64,000 nt of DNA from a virus. The stretch lies in the IMG/VR virus record IMGVR_UViG_3300045988_062794; one strand, 5' to 3'. A model generated the notes under the pieces. The model was not told the DNA's origin and made no database searches. It saw only the letters and a list, made by a program, of their open reading frames with translations. Every line of letters starts with the position of its first letter. Positions within the stretch are counted from its first letter, which is position 1. The position numbers and the translations under genes are program-made. Shown here in pieces: positions 1-9,715 of this stretch.

Positions 1-249
1 CAGATATAAGGGACCTAATCGTTTTGATTGTTTTGTGTGTCCCAATTCATGATACAAATGCTTAGGATTATTAACGATAATATACTTACCAAGGGTAATA
101 CCACCAGCCATTTGAGGACTGAGCTTACACTTAATACCATTCCCACAAACTTCTTTAGTACATATTTCATGACCTTTATATATTTTATATAAGGCTAGCC
201 CCAGTAGATTCTGGGGCAATTGCCAAATATATAGTAAAACTTCTTTCAT
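1..249 (-). CDS. hypothetical protein, N-terminal part only (runs off left edge); contains HELGH (HExxH) motif
   Basis: Hand translation of minus strand from ATG at 249: MKEVLLYIWQLPQN...KHLYHELGHTKQSKRLGPLYL, open to position 1. Not in ORF track because truncated. Confidence 0.35.
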   Translation of the reverse strand, partial: MKEVLLYIWQLPQNLLGLALYKIYKGHEICTKEVCGNGIKCKLSPQMAGGITLGKYIIVNNPKHLYHELGHTKQSKRLGPLYL

Positions 250-250
250 A

Positions 251-310
251 TTACTTACCTGTTTTACCAGTTTTACCACCTTTCTTGCTTCCACCTTTCT
301 TACATGCCAT
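251..310 (-). CDS. 19-aa Lys/Gly-rich micro-ORF (MACKKGGSKKGGKTGKTGK)
   Basis: ATG at 310 preceded on the minus strand by AGGAGGA about 7 nt upstream. Lies between the portal stop and the next ORF. Very short, so uncertain. Confidence 0.2.
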   Translation of the reverse strand: MACKKGGSKKGGKTGKTGK

Positions 311-322
311 AATTAGTTCCTC

Positions 323-2902
323 CTATTTTTTAGTTTTAGATTTACTTTTTTCTCCTACCACTTTATTCTTTAAAGCCGTTTTGGCTTTCAGTTTTTCTCT
401 TTCCATTGCAGCTTTATCTTTAAGAATCTGCAACTTCTTAGCTTCCTCAAGTTTCTGCTTTTCTAATGCTATCTTTTCTCTTTCAATAGTAGCTTTAAGC
501 TTTTCAGCTTTATCTGACTGTTCAATCTTCTTAGCTTCTATCTGTTTCTTATTCTCAGCTTCACGAGCTTTATTAGCTTGTTCAATCTGTTTAGACATAA
601 TATCAGAGTAAAGACGTTGCTGTTCAATTGCTTGATTACCAATCTCAATAGGATCTGGTATACCATTGCCATCTTGATCCATACTTTCAGAACCACGATA
701 AGCATTCAATTGAGCAACAGTAATCTTAGTAGCATTGTCCTGATCAATCTTGTATTTCTCAAGGTCAAGTTCTGCTTCTTTAAGCATAAGTTCTTGTTCC
801 TTAACTTGATTCTGCATTTGGACAAGTTGCTGCTGTTGCATTGCTTCTTGTTCTTGCATAGCTTGCTGCTGAGATATTCTTTGATTTTCAAGTTCTTGTA
901 ACTTATTCTTTAACATTGATAGATTATCCATCATATACATTTCAGCAGCATCTACAAGACTTGCACCATTCTGCATAGCTGGTTGTATCAATGCTCTTAA
1001 CTGCTCAATTGCTTGAGATTCTTTAGTAGAATCCGTTACAAAAATATCAAAGTCTTCATATGGGAAATTATCTGATACTGAGACAAATGCTCTAGTAGTG
1101 TCATCAAATATATAATTGAGATACTGTTTATCACTATCTTTCCATGCAGCTTTTGCAGCATTTAATAACATTAATAAAGCTTGTTTCTTTACTTGGTTAT
1201 GCATCCAGAATAAAGGTTCAGTAATATGAGCAGATTGTATTACAGATCTTTCTACATTACCTACTAATTCTGTACTAGAGATAGCACCTTGTCTTTGAGG
1301 AGTTACCCCAGACAACTCTGAAGCCATAGCTTCAATCTTATCAAGTAACTGTATATACTGAGCTATGACATTACCCATAGTAAGATCCCAAGTAGAGAAT
1401 CCATTCCAACTTGATGGTCTACCACCTTCTCTACCAGGTATATCCCAACCTTCATCATATGGGTTAATAAATGCAACACCTAGTGCACTTAAGTAATGTA
1501 ACCATTTTGAAGTATCTATACCTAATCCTTTAGGTATCTGTGTAACATCTACTACAGGTACTTTACCTTTATCTCTAGCCATAGCTAGTTCTAATCGATA
1601 GAATGTAGTAATATATAAATACTGTAATGGTTTCATTATACTAACTAATGATTTTGGTACACTGTTAGTATTACTATAGACTACCCCAGTATATGGTAAT
1701 CTCTGCGAATTAAGATTGTTACTAGTAATATACTGATATTCTATAGGTTGAATACCAAAGTAAATGTCATCATCTGCTCTATATCCTTCCCATACTTCTA
1801 CAATCCAATCCCATTCTACTGTTTCGGTTTCGAGTGGTTTATAATATTCGTCTACTACAATTTCTTCAGGTAAACCTGTTTCAGGGTTGATAGTTGTTAA
1901 GAAACCTATTTTCTTAAAAGATTTCCAACATACATGATAAACTACCACATCTTCAGCATCACCATAAGGATTATGATCAGGTAACTTACTATAAATCTTA
2001 GTATCTATATGGTTCCAATCGTCAACCATATTCTTATCACCTAACCAGTTCTTACCACTCTTACCATACTGATCGAATTTCTCTAGTAACTTATTGAGTT
2101 GTTTTTCATCCATTTTATCATAAAACTCATCATATACCTGAGTATATGACATAATCATTTTATTACAACACATAGGTGCTTCATGAATGAATTCTATGCC
2201 ATCACAATCATCATACCAGAAACCTTTTGGGTTAACCCTATTTAAACAAGGTTCTCCATTCCTAATGCCTACGTAAAGAACTTCTTCCCCAGCAATAAGT
2301 GCATCTTTCCATGTCTTTACAAACTCATGGTCTATATTCAAAGAGTTCTTCAAATAGTTTAAACTGTGATAAGCAGTTAATTCGGCAACATCCTTATAAT
2401 CCTTAGTAAGGTATTCCTGTATTTGTTCTGGAGTCTGTATTTCCCCAGATTGTAAGGCTTCTTCATATCTTGCTTGTCCTTCAGGGCTCATCTTAGCCAT
2501 GATTGCTGCTTGTACATAATCTAAAAGCATTTGCTTAGCTTTTTCTTGCATTTCACTTGCAGCAGCATCGCTAGTACGGCATACCTTAAAATTGAAAGGT
2601 CGTTTAGTTTCTTCACCAATAAGTAAATCAATCTTAGGTCTGATAATGTTATAATCCTGTGCCATTGCTGGGAAACCATCATCTTGGTTAAAAGGGTTAG
2701 TAACATACTTCAAATCCTTTTCACTATAGACACTATTATATAGATCATAATAAGTCTGCATTTCTTCTTCTGAAGGTACTGTATCAGAATTAGTTATTTG
2801 TGATTGACCTATAATGTAATCCACACAACATTCCCGCCATTCGTCAGTCTTCTTGTTATAAGGTATTTTCTGTATAGGAAAGCTATTTACTGTGCGTTCC
2901 AT
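323..2902 (-). CDS. portal protein (crAss-like), with long Q/E/K-rich C-terminal tail
   Basis: 859-aa ORF directly downstream of and co-oriented with the large terminase. Size and position are typical of a portal. Recognised by eye only. Confidence 0.65.
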   Translation of the reverse strand: MERTVNSFPIQKIPYNKKTDEWRECCVDYIIGQSQITNSDTVPSEEEMQTYYDLYNSVYSEKDLKYVTNPFNQDDGFPAMAQDYNIIRPKIDLLIGEETKRPFNFKVCRTSDAAASEMQEKAKQMLLDYVQAAIMAKMSPEGQARYEEALQSGEIQTPEQIQEYLTKDYKDVAELTAYHSLNYLKNSLNIDHEFVKTWKDALIAGEEVLYVGIRNGEPCLNRVNPKGFWYDDCDGIEFIHEAPMCCNKMIMSYTQVYDEFYDKMDEKQLNKLLEKFDQYGKSGKNWLGDKNMVDDWNHIDTKIYSKLPDHNPYGDAEDVVVYHVCWKSFKKIGFLTTINPETGLPEEIVVDEYYKPLETETVEWDWIVEVWEGYRADDDIYFGIQPIEYQYITSNNLNSQRLPYTGVVYSNTNSVPKSLVSIMKPLQYLYITTFYRLELAMARDKGKVPVVDVTQIPKGLGIDTSKWLHYLSALGVAFINPYDEGWDIPGREGGRPSSWNGFSTWDLTMGNVIAQYIQLLDKIEAMASELSGVTPQRQGAISSTELVGNVERSVIQSAHITEPLFWMHNQVKKQALLMLLNAAKAAWKDSDKQYLNYIFDDTTRAFVSVSDNFPYEDFDIFVTDSTKESQAIEQLRALIQPAMQNGASLVDAAEMYMMDNLSMLKNKLQELENQRISQQQAMQEQEAMQQQQLVQMQNQVKEQELMLKEAELDLEKYKIDQDNATKITVAQLNAYRGSESMDQDGNGIPDPIEIGNQAIEQQRLYSDIMSKQIEQANKAREAENKKQIEAKKIEQSDKAEKLKATIEREKIALEKQKLEEAKKLQILKDKAAMEREKLKAKTALKNKVVGEKSKSKTKK

Positions 2903-2904
2903 AT

Positions 2905-4965
2905 TTAAAATGAAAATGTTAATATATTTGAATCAAATAATTTATTTGTAGAATCAGAAGTGTCTTGTTCAAACCATTTATCTGTAAATATAGGTAAATC
3001 AAACAATCTTTGGTTCCTCTCTACTTCTTGTTTTTGCTTTACTTGAGACGTATACAATTGTTCCCTGTATATCATTAACTGAATCATTGCCATTACCCTA
3101 TCGAAGTTACCTTTATCATTATACATTATTAATTCCTGTAGTAATGGTTCTGATAGTATAGACTCAAGTCTCATATGACCAGGTTCTGTTTCTTCCTCTA
3201 GCCATTCCTTAATCTTACCCTCACCCCAAAGTTTTATCTCTTTATTCATATGACAACCTTTACGTCTATTTACTTTGGAGTCTCTTACGATATCTTTGAT
3301 AATATCTGGTTGATCAGCTAGTAAGTAATCACAGTGCTTATTATTAAAGTAAGCGAATATACCAGTGTTTTGGTTTTCTACCATAGCCCTAGCATTATAA
3401 TACATTAATAGTTTACGTACATTATCATAGAATTCTTCTGCTGTTTTTGGTCTACCAGTATATTCTGCTACTAATATGTCACTATAAGATTCAAAGTTCT
3501 GTATACGCTTGTATATAAATATAGAACCTAATGAGTTAGTACCGGATTGATCTTGATCATATGGGTCTAAACCTGCTATATATAAGCCTATGGGAGGATC
3601 AGGGCAAGGGTGTTCCCATATTACTATAGAACCTGTAGGATCTGCCATCTTTGGTAGAGGATATTCTGTAATATCGCCTGTCTTTTTGATTACCCATTTA
3701 GGCACACCCTGTTCCCATACTAAATCACCAACTTGCTTGTGATTTTGTAATTTACGATTAGTTCTTATCCTAGCTAATTGTTTTTGTAATTCTCGTTTAG
3801 GGAATATATTACCAGATAGTTCAGTAAAGGCTTCAGCGGGTGTTTCTGCATGTTCTGCAGTATACCTGTCTACTTGTTGAGAGTCTTTAGCACTCTTTAA
3901 TTCTTTAGCTCTTAGGTTAAGTATATATGCCCTAGCTTTATCGTGAAGAGTATTACCATCGTCATCCATATATATACGATTACCATTTGAATCACGTATA
4001 TCTAGGTTAGTATGTTGAGGTACAAAGAAACCACATTTCTTACCACCAACTGCACCTTCATCCCATATATTATCAAAACCAATACAGTTAAATGCTTCAG
4101 GGTCGTAAAAGGCTTCCCTTAAACCTGCTACATTATCACCCTCGTCACCACCTGTACCAAACAAAAGCATTAGACCAAAGGCAACGCCATCTTGTTCTAC
4201 TGATGGTCTAGCAATTTCCCATGCAGCTTTTAATTCTTTGAATGAACCACCTTCTTCCCACACAATTAGTTTAGCAGCCTTACCACGAACAGCATTTGGG
4301 TTATCTTTAACAGATACACCCATTATTTCAGATTTATAACCCATTTCTACTTTGTTACCAAATTCATCAGTAACAAGCATAGATGCTCTTTTACGCATAG
4401 CTGTATTAGCTACTTGCCTTTTCTTACCCCATGCGGTATTAGCATCAATAAAATCCATATAATCCCAAGCTTTGGTTAAGTTACCATCTTCAGTAAGATA
4501 TTGCTTGTTTGATGCATATACATAAGACTTTGAATTAGGGATAAGAAAGAAGTTACGACACAACATGGAAGCAGTTTTATATGAATAACCCTTACGTCTT
4601 GCTTTTGTGAGTACCATATGTTTACCTTGATTCTCTGCTTCCTCTACAGCTTGAAAGAAGTAATAATCGTAATCATAGAAATCAGGGAATGCAGCCTGTC
4701 TAACCTTCTTAGTTTCACCATTAGTTGTGATATAAACAAGTCTTTGAATAGGACAATAGTTTAAATAGAAATAGTTATACCCAGTAATGTAATCACCATC
4801 TTCTGCAGTATAACCATTAACACATCTATCTACTTCTTGGTCCCAGAAATTGTAATATTCAGTAGTACCTTTCGGGTAAGCACAATAAGACCCCGACGCT
4901 AAATAAGTCAACGCCGGGGTTCTAAACTTGTCACTATTCTTGATTTTCTTACTGAAATCAATCAT
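2905..4965 (-). CDS. terL: terminase large subunit
   Basis: 686 aa. P-loop-like KARRKGYSYK, Walker-B-like IVWEEGGSF, and a C-terminal nuclease-type acidic cluster GLDPYDQD. Adjacent to the portal. Confidence 0.8.
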   Translation of the reverse strand: MIDFSKKIKNSDKFRTPALTYLASGSYCAYPKGTTEYYNFWDQEVDRCVNGYTAEDGDYITGYNYFYLNYCPIQRLVYITTNGETKKVRQAAFPDFYDYDYYFFQAVEEAENQGKHMVLTKARRKGYSYKTASMLCRNFFLIPNSKSYVYASNKQYLTEDGNLTKAWDYMDFIDANTAWGKKRQVANTAMRKRASMLVTDEFGNKVEMGYKSEIMGVSVKDNPNAVRGKAAKLIVWEEGGSFKELKAAWEIARPSVEQDGVAFGLMLLFGTGGDEGDNVAGLREAFYDPEAFNCIGFDNIWDEGAVGGKKCGFFVPQHTNLDIRDSNGNRIYMDDDGNTLHDKARAYILNLRAKELKSAKDSQQVDRYTAEHAETPAEAFTELSGNIFPKRELQKQLARIRTNRKLQNHKQVGDLVWEQGVPKWVIKKTGDITEYPLPKMADPTGSIVIWEHPCPDPPIGLYIAGLDPYDQDQSGTNSLGSIFIYKRIQNFESYSDILVAEYTGRPKTAEEFYDNVRKLLMYYNARAMVENQNTGIFAYFNNKHCDYLLADQPDIIKDIVRDSKVNRRKGCHMNKEIKLWGEGKIKEWLEEETEPGHMRLESILSEPLLQELIMYNDKGNFDRVMAMIQLMIYREQLYTSQVKQKQEVERNQRLFDLPIFTDKWFEQDTSDSTNKLFDSNILTFSF

Positions 4966-4969
4966 ATTA

Positions 4970-5215
4970 TTAATGATTAAACAATTTCTTTATATTTCTC
5001 CAAACTCTCTTATAGAGAGGCATTGTAGCTTGTTTCAATTTTTCTACTGCTGCCTTCTCTGCAGCTTCCTGCTCCATTAGAGTAACCTCTATATCTTTAA
5101 GGGCTTTATAGTCATATGCGGGTCCCATATTAACAATCGTATCATACTGATTGTATTTAACTTTAACTGATTTTGCCTTACTAGTAGTTTTAGTAGCTTT
5201 CTTTTCCTTAGTCAT
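4970..5215 (-). CDS. hypothetical protein (81 aa, basic N-terminus)
   Basis: ORF tightly packed upstream of terL. Confidence 0.45.
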   Translation of the reverse strand: MTKEKKATKTTSKAKSVKVKYNQYDTIVNMGPAYDYKALKDIEVTLMEQEAAEKAAVEKLKQATMPLYKRVWRNIKKLFNH

Positions 5216-5275
5216 AGTTATTATATTTTGTGCGTTTAACGCGTAGTTAGTTTATTTTGTTTCAAAATGTATTAC

Positions 5276-5836
5276 TTACCGTACAGCTTGTCTATTTGAT
5301 AGTTCATATGGGTTAACTTCTGCACCACCACGAATCCTATTATTAGCTAATTCTTCTGATCTTACTGCGGACTCTAATGCATCTAGAGATTTAATAGTAT
5401 TACCAAGTTTTTCCATACCTGCTAGGATTAATTGAACTTTCTTATCATCAAGTTCATCTTGTAGTGACTCTGCATAATATCTAGATACACTATCTAATTT
5501 TAACCTAGCATTCTTAAGTAAGCCTAAGATAAGAGTTTCATTGAAATTAATGTAAGCTTGTTCTGCTTCTATTACCTCTACTGGTAATTTATAGTTAGCA
5601 TCATCAAAGAGCTCTTTCTTAAGTCTTGGTTCTATGTCTTCAGGAGACATACTTTTTACATAAGGACTATCATATTTATTCTTTAGTACAATATAAGTAA
5701 TGTATTTAGTAGCCATTTCTTTATCTGCCTTATCGGCATCCCATACCTTTTTAAAGGCTGGGATACCTAGGGCATCATTGTGTATAACTACTTTTCCTGC
5801 AAGAATATCAAATAGTTTCATTAGTTCGGACAACAA
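5276..5836 (-). CDS. hypothetical protein (186 aa)
   Basis: ORF in the late block. No motif recognised. Confidence 0.5.
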   Translation of the reverse strand: MLSELMKLFDILAGKVVIHNDALGIPAFKKVWDADKADKEMATKYITYIVLKNKYDSPYVKSMSPEDIEPRLKKELFDDANYKLPVEVIEAEQAYINFNETLILGLLKNARLKLDSVSRYYAESLQDELDDKKVQLILAGMEKLGNTIKSLDALESAVRSEELANNRIRGGAEVNPYELSNRQAVR

Positions 5837-6171
5837 TCACAACAAATTTTTTCACAATTACCGCAATCACGTACTTTCTGATAATTGTGTCTCATTTCTT
5901 TTAATTCAATTAATCTGTTGATAGCGGAAGCACAAGGTACAATTACAATCTCAGGAGCTTTATCTTTTTCTGTAGTATAAGCTTTGAACAACAAACTAGG
6001 TTCAGTAATTTCGTATTTCTTACCTTCATAAAACAATTCCCCAGCTTCAGGTAAAATATAGTAATAATCAATTATATCATATTTTTCAACATTATCTTGA
6101 ATATTTTCAAGAGAACCATCTTTACTACTTAACAAATTGTTATATCTTAAATTGTAAATCATATTAATCAA
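5821..6171 (-). CDS. hypothetical protein with Cys-rich C-terminus (CGNCEKICCDCCPN)
   Basis: 116-aa ORF with a 16-nt overlap onto the next gene. Has a C-terminal cysteine cluster. Confidence 0.45.
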   Translation of the reverse strand: MINMIYNLRYNNLLSSKDGSLENIQDNVEKYDIIDYYYILPEAGELFYEGKKYEITEPSLLFKAYTTEKDKAPEIVIVPCASAINRLIELKEMRHNYQKVRDCGNCEKICCDCCPN

Positions 6172-6266
6172 ATTTTATATACCTTAATTTATAGTGTCTA
6201 TTTAAAGCATCAACAGCTTCTTGTTTAGTGTAAAACATATTTACATACTCTGGATTACGACTGTAG

Positions 6267-6767
6267 TTATTTATTATCTCCTTCAGTTGTTCCGCTATCT
6301 CGTCCTGATTCTTGTGTCTCATTTTCTATTGTATTATCTGATGAACCAAAACCGTTTTCACCTCTGTCACCTTCAACTAATTCTTCAGCTAGAGTAGGTT
6401 CAATAGTAGGATAAGGCATAATAATTAACTGTGCAATCTTTTCACCTGGTTGATAGATAGTAGGCAATGCATCAGTAGTAAGTTTAAACTTACACATGAT
6501 TTCACCTCTGTAACCAGCATCTACTACACCTACACAATTGCACAATGATAAGGATCTCTGAGATACAGATGATCTCATAAAGATGAGACCTACATATCCT
6601 TCAGGAATCTCTACTGCTAAATCAGTATGATATACTAGTACCATTTTACCACTCTTATCAAATTCCTGAGTAAACCTAGTAGCGGTTAAATCTAATCCAG
6701 CATCATTAGGATTAGCATAAGTAGGTAATACTGCATCTTGTGCTAATTTCTTAAACTTTACTTCCAT
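6267..6767 (-). CDS. dut: dUTP diphosphatase (dUTPase) with acidic/polar C-terminal extension
   Basis: Classical trimeric dUTPase motifs: AGLDLTA, RSS, GVVDAGYRGEI, RGENGFGSSD. Confidence 0.85.
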   Translation of the reverse strand: MEVKFKKLAQDAVLPTYANPNDAGLDLTATRFTQEFDKSGKMVLVYHTDLAVEIPEGYVGLIFMRSSVSQRSLSLCNCVGVVDAGYRGEIMCKFKLTTDALPTIYQPGEKIAQLIIMPYPTIEPTLAEELVEGDRGENGFGSSDNTIENETQESGRDSGTTEGDNK

Positions 6768-6850
6768 GTTATTTTCTTACTATATTATTTCCTAATATTA
6801 TTTCCGTCATCTGTGCTGCTAGATTTGCAGCATAATCTTCAGCAAATTGA

Positions 6851-7627
6851 CTACGATTCGTGTCCTGTAGTATCTGTTTCAGATACAGTAGAATCACTTG
6901 TTGATTCAATAGTATCTGATCCAGTTTCTCTTCTATGTTTGTTTCTTTCATATTCAATTTCCTCTACAGCATTCTTGAGAAAGTTTATTAGTTCTCGTCT
7001 AAGCAAGTTAGATCTTAATACTGGATCACCTTTGTATTGCGCTTCTAATGTATATACAAATCTACCATCTCTATCTTTATTCTCTTCTGCTTTATCATCA
7101 TAATTAAAGATTTCTCTATAATAGATCTTGATATTGTCAAGAGAACATTTCTTAATAGCTTTGTTGATTTGCTTATCAGTGAACATATACTTTTGTTCTT
7201 TACTAGAGATAGCGTCACAATCAGCTTTGATAATCTCATTATAGGCATCCATTACTTCCCAAAAGTCGTCTATTAATTTCTGCTTACGAGCTGCTTCAGG
7301 AACAATATCTCCTTCACGGTGTTTACTTATCCAAAGTAAAGCAATAGCATTCCAGGCTACTTGTGCTAGATGCCTACATCCTGTTTCTTCATCAAAGATT
7401 TCATTCTCTGCAGCATACAAGTGTCTAAGTAATGCACCTTTATATCTTTCATAACCGTTTTCTAGATTCTGCCAAGTATTATCATTATACTTCTTAGCAC
7501 CCTCTGTATATACTCTAGCAATATCTTCAAGACAGTCCAATGGCATTAATTCCCATCTTGTTTTATCGTCTTTACGATCGTTCTTCATATCCATCTGGTT
7601 TAGGCATTTTTTGTATTCGTATTGCAT
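6851..7627 (-). CDS. dATP/dGTP diphosphohydrolase-N-terminal-domain-like protein
   Basis: RWELMPLDCLEDIARVYTEGAKKYNDNTWQN...ALLRHLYA...ETGCRHLAQVAWNAIALLW matches, from memory, the phage dATP/dGTP pyrophosphohydrolase N-domain pattern. The real start may be an internal Met (7594 or 7588). Confidence 0.55.
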   Translation of the reverse strand: MQYEYKKCLNQMDMKNDRKDDKTRWELMPLDCLEDIARVYTEGAKKYNDNTWQNLENGYERYKGALLRHLYAAENEIFDEETGCRHLAQVAWNAIALLWISKHREGDIVPEAARKQKLIDDFWEVMDAYNEIIKADCDAISSKEQKYMFTDKQINKAIKKCSLDNIKIYYREIFNYDDKAEENKDRDGRFVYTLEAQYKGDPVLRSNLLRRELINFLKNAVEEIEYERNKHRRETGSDTIESTSDSTVSETDTTGHES

Positions 7628-7961
7628 CTATTTCAGTCTTATTCTCTAGTATAGCTTTACATATCCTGTGATAACCATCACATATTCTACCGTAACTATC
7701 TAGTATAATTGGATATTTAGTATCTGCTTTTTGTATTCGTAAAGAATGAAATATAAAATCATCTAAACATCCAACATCCCAAGGTAAGTGTGATAGATCT
7801 ATGCCAACTAGAGGTAATTTAAATACAGGATATTTCTGTTCTTTACAGTAGGTAATAAGTGTTGATGCATTCCATATTTTACCCTCACATATATATCTAT
7901 TCTCTGTGATTCCAGAGTCTTCAAATATTACTCTTGGGTTCTTGTCTTTCTTTGCTAGCAT
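7572..7961 (-). CDS. ParB-like nuclease-domain protein
   Basis: ILDSYGRICDGYHRICKAI contains the DGxHR signature of ParB/sulfiredoxin-fold domains. Confidence 0.45.
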   Translation of the reverse strand: MLAKKDKNPRVIFEDSGITENRYICEGKIWNASTLITYCKEQKYPVFKLPLVGIDLSHLPWDVGCLDDFIFHSLRIQKADTKYPIILDSYGRICDGYHRICKAILENKTEIDAIRIQKMPKPDGYEERS

Positions 7962-8145
7962 ATTTCTTTTTTAGTTTTATTTTAAAAAGATATCCAAACA
8001 TAATAGATTTTGTATCATCATTACTTGCAATTATATTAGAAGCAAATTTAAAAGGATGATTACATATTACTTCTATTACTTGATATGGTATGTTATATTT
8101 ATTAGCTAATTGAGTATATATGCTAGTTCTTTTTTGAGAAGTCAT
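7921..8145 (-). CDS. hypothetical protein (74 aa)
   Basis: ORF in an operon-like array with short overlaps on both neighbours. Confidence 0.4.
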   Translation of the reverse strand: MTSQKRTSIYTQLANKYNIPYQVIEVICNHPFKFASNIIASNDDTKSIMFGYLFKIKLKKKYASKERQEPKSNI

Positions 8146-8515
8146 ATACTACTTTATATTCTTTATTCTGGAGTAAATCATCAAAGGATGATGCTGCATC
8201 AATAGAACCCGGTCTAATAGTATTAACTATTATCTTTAAAGTATCAAGTGCTGTGTTATCAGCATATACTTTAATACTTTGTAACTTCTTTGCTTCTTGT
8301 TTAGAATAATCTACTATAGGTTCTAACGCTAACGTATTCTCCTCACTTAAAGGGTTATCCAGAGTAATAGGATAATGTAAAACCGTTTCTGTCTTTATTA
8401 TTATTCCTTTATTGTAGTCTAGTTTCTTACCAAGAAGTTTATTAAACCATATTTTAATCTTAGAGTAATCTTGCCAAAGGATTATAGTACCTGGCTTAAA
8501 TGTTATTATTTTCAT
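8123..8515 (-). CDS. hypothetical protein (130 aa)
   Basis: ORF in the array. Confidence 0.5.
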   Translation of the reverse strand: MKIITFKPGTIILWQDYSKIKIWFNKLLGKKLDYNKGIIIKTETVLHYPITLDNPLSEENTLALEPIVDYSKQEAKKLQSIKVYADNTALDTLKIIVNTIRPGSIDAASSFDDLLQNKEYKVVYDFSKKN

Positions 8516-8876
8516 GTATTCTAATTATGATGGTTACTTGAACTCTGTCTCCGATGATCTCTGGTATTAGAGCTTTATTAACACTTAATTCATCTTCGGC
8601 AGGACCTGCAATTAGAATTCCTTTTTCTTTGAAAGCTTTAATGTACCGACTTAGATTATCCTTAGTAATACCTAATGTTTGAATTATATGCTTTCTATTC
8701 TGTCTATTAGCTATATTCTTGTGTTCATTAGGTAGTTTATTATAATTAATGTCTAATCTAATTAACTCAGCCATTAATTCTAGTTCCCTGTCCGTAAGCC
8801 GAAGTATGCCATTAAGTGATGTTAAGAACTCTGTAATAAGATCATCCTTATTTACAGTCTTAACTAATTTATTCAT
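8496..8876 (-). CDS. putative winged-helix/HTH DNA-binding protein
   Basis: HIIQTLGITKDNLSRYIKAFKEKGIL reads as a helix-turn-helix. Eye call only. Confidence 0.4.
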   Translation of the reverse strand: MNKLVKTVNKDDLITEFLTSLNGILRLTDRELELMAELIRLDINYNKLPNEHKNIANRQNRKHIIQTLGITKDNLSRYIKAFKEKGILIAGPAEDELSVNKALIPEIIGDRVQVTIIIRIHENNNI

Positions 8877-9318
8877 TGTCTTCCTTGTCTACATCTAAGA
8901 TCTGCTGAATAGCATTAATAAGTTTCAACAGATTTTGGTTTACTGTTTCAGATTCTAATTTCAAACAAGGTTGAATCTTACCTTCTTCAAAATCCTTTCT
9001 TACTTTATCCAGATTACCTTCATATTTGGTTTTGCAATCATTGATAAAAGCTTCCAATGCAATCAACTTCAGTTCAGCAATAGTAGGTAATGTTTCTTCT
9101 TCTACTTCAGCAACTTCTGAACCATACGGTTCCAAATTGCCACCTTTTACTAATGCGTCAACATATTCTTCGTTAATAGACATAAAACGAGAATTAGTAC
9201 CTTTCTTTGTAGTTTTAGTGTCTTCCATTACAAATTCTCTATCATCAGAGTCGAAATTAAAGATATCACCAATCTTTGCACAACCAAAAGGTTTAATTAC
9301 TTTATAAGCTACGTTCAT
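8869..9318 (-). CDS. hypothetical protein (149 aa)
   Basis: ORF in the array. Confidence 0.5.
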   Translation of the reverse strand: MNVAYKVIKPFGCAKIGDIFNFDSDDREFVMEDTKTTKKGTNSRFMSINEEYVDALVKGGNLEPYGSEVAEVEEETLPTIAELKLIALEAFINDCKTKYEGNLDKVRKDFEEGKIQPCLKLESETVNQNLLKLINAIQQILDVDKEDNE

Positions 9319-9319
9319 A

Positions 9320-9619
9320 TTATTTACTTATTTGTTTAACCATTAATTCTACCCACTTGTTAATATCAAACTTTGTATCACCTTCCTTAATCACTGTATC
9401 GCCGTCTGTAGTATACTGCTTTGGTTGATTCATGATCATATATGCATTCATTAAATCTTGTAAAGATACTGTTATTTTGTAAGCATTTGTTTTAGATGGG
9501 GAATGCATATCTTTAGGTATGAACAAATTGTATTGACCATTAGGTAGTTTTTCTATCCATTCTGATAGACCACTCATGTTAATGAGGTTATCTATCAAGC
9601 TATTATTTTCAATGTTCAT
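9320..9619 (-). CDS. hypothetical protein (99 aa)
   Basis: ORF in the array. Confidence 0.5.
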   Translation of the reverse strand: MNIENNSLIDNLINMSGLSEWIEKLPNGQYNLFIPKDMHSPSKTNAYKITVSLQDLMNAYMIMNQPKQYTTDGDTVIKEGDTKFDINKWVELMVKQISK

Positions 9620-9715
9620 GATTATATAACGCGTATGATTTATTTTTGTTGTAATTTTTATGCAATAAAAAAGCCCCTAATTTCTTAGGAGCTAATTTAT
9701 AAAAATGAAAAAAGC

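Noticed and set aside
6769-6957. 62-codon minus-strand ORF overlapping the 3' end of the pyrophosphohydrolase-like gene by 107 nt (possible frameshift site or nested gene)
   Set aside because: No slippery sequence or internal start resolves the overlap, and the evidence is insufficient either way. It is not annotated as a gene.
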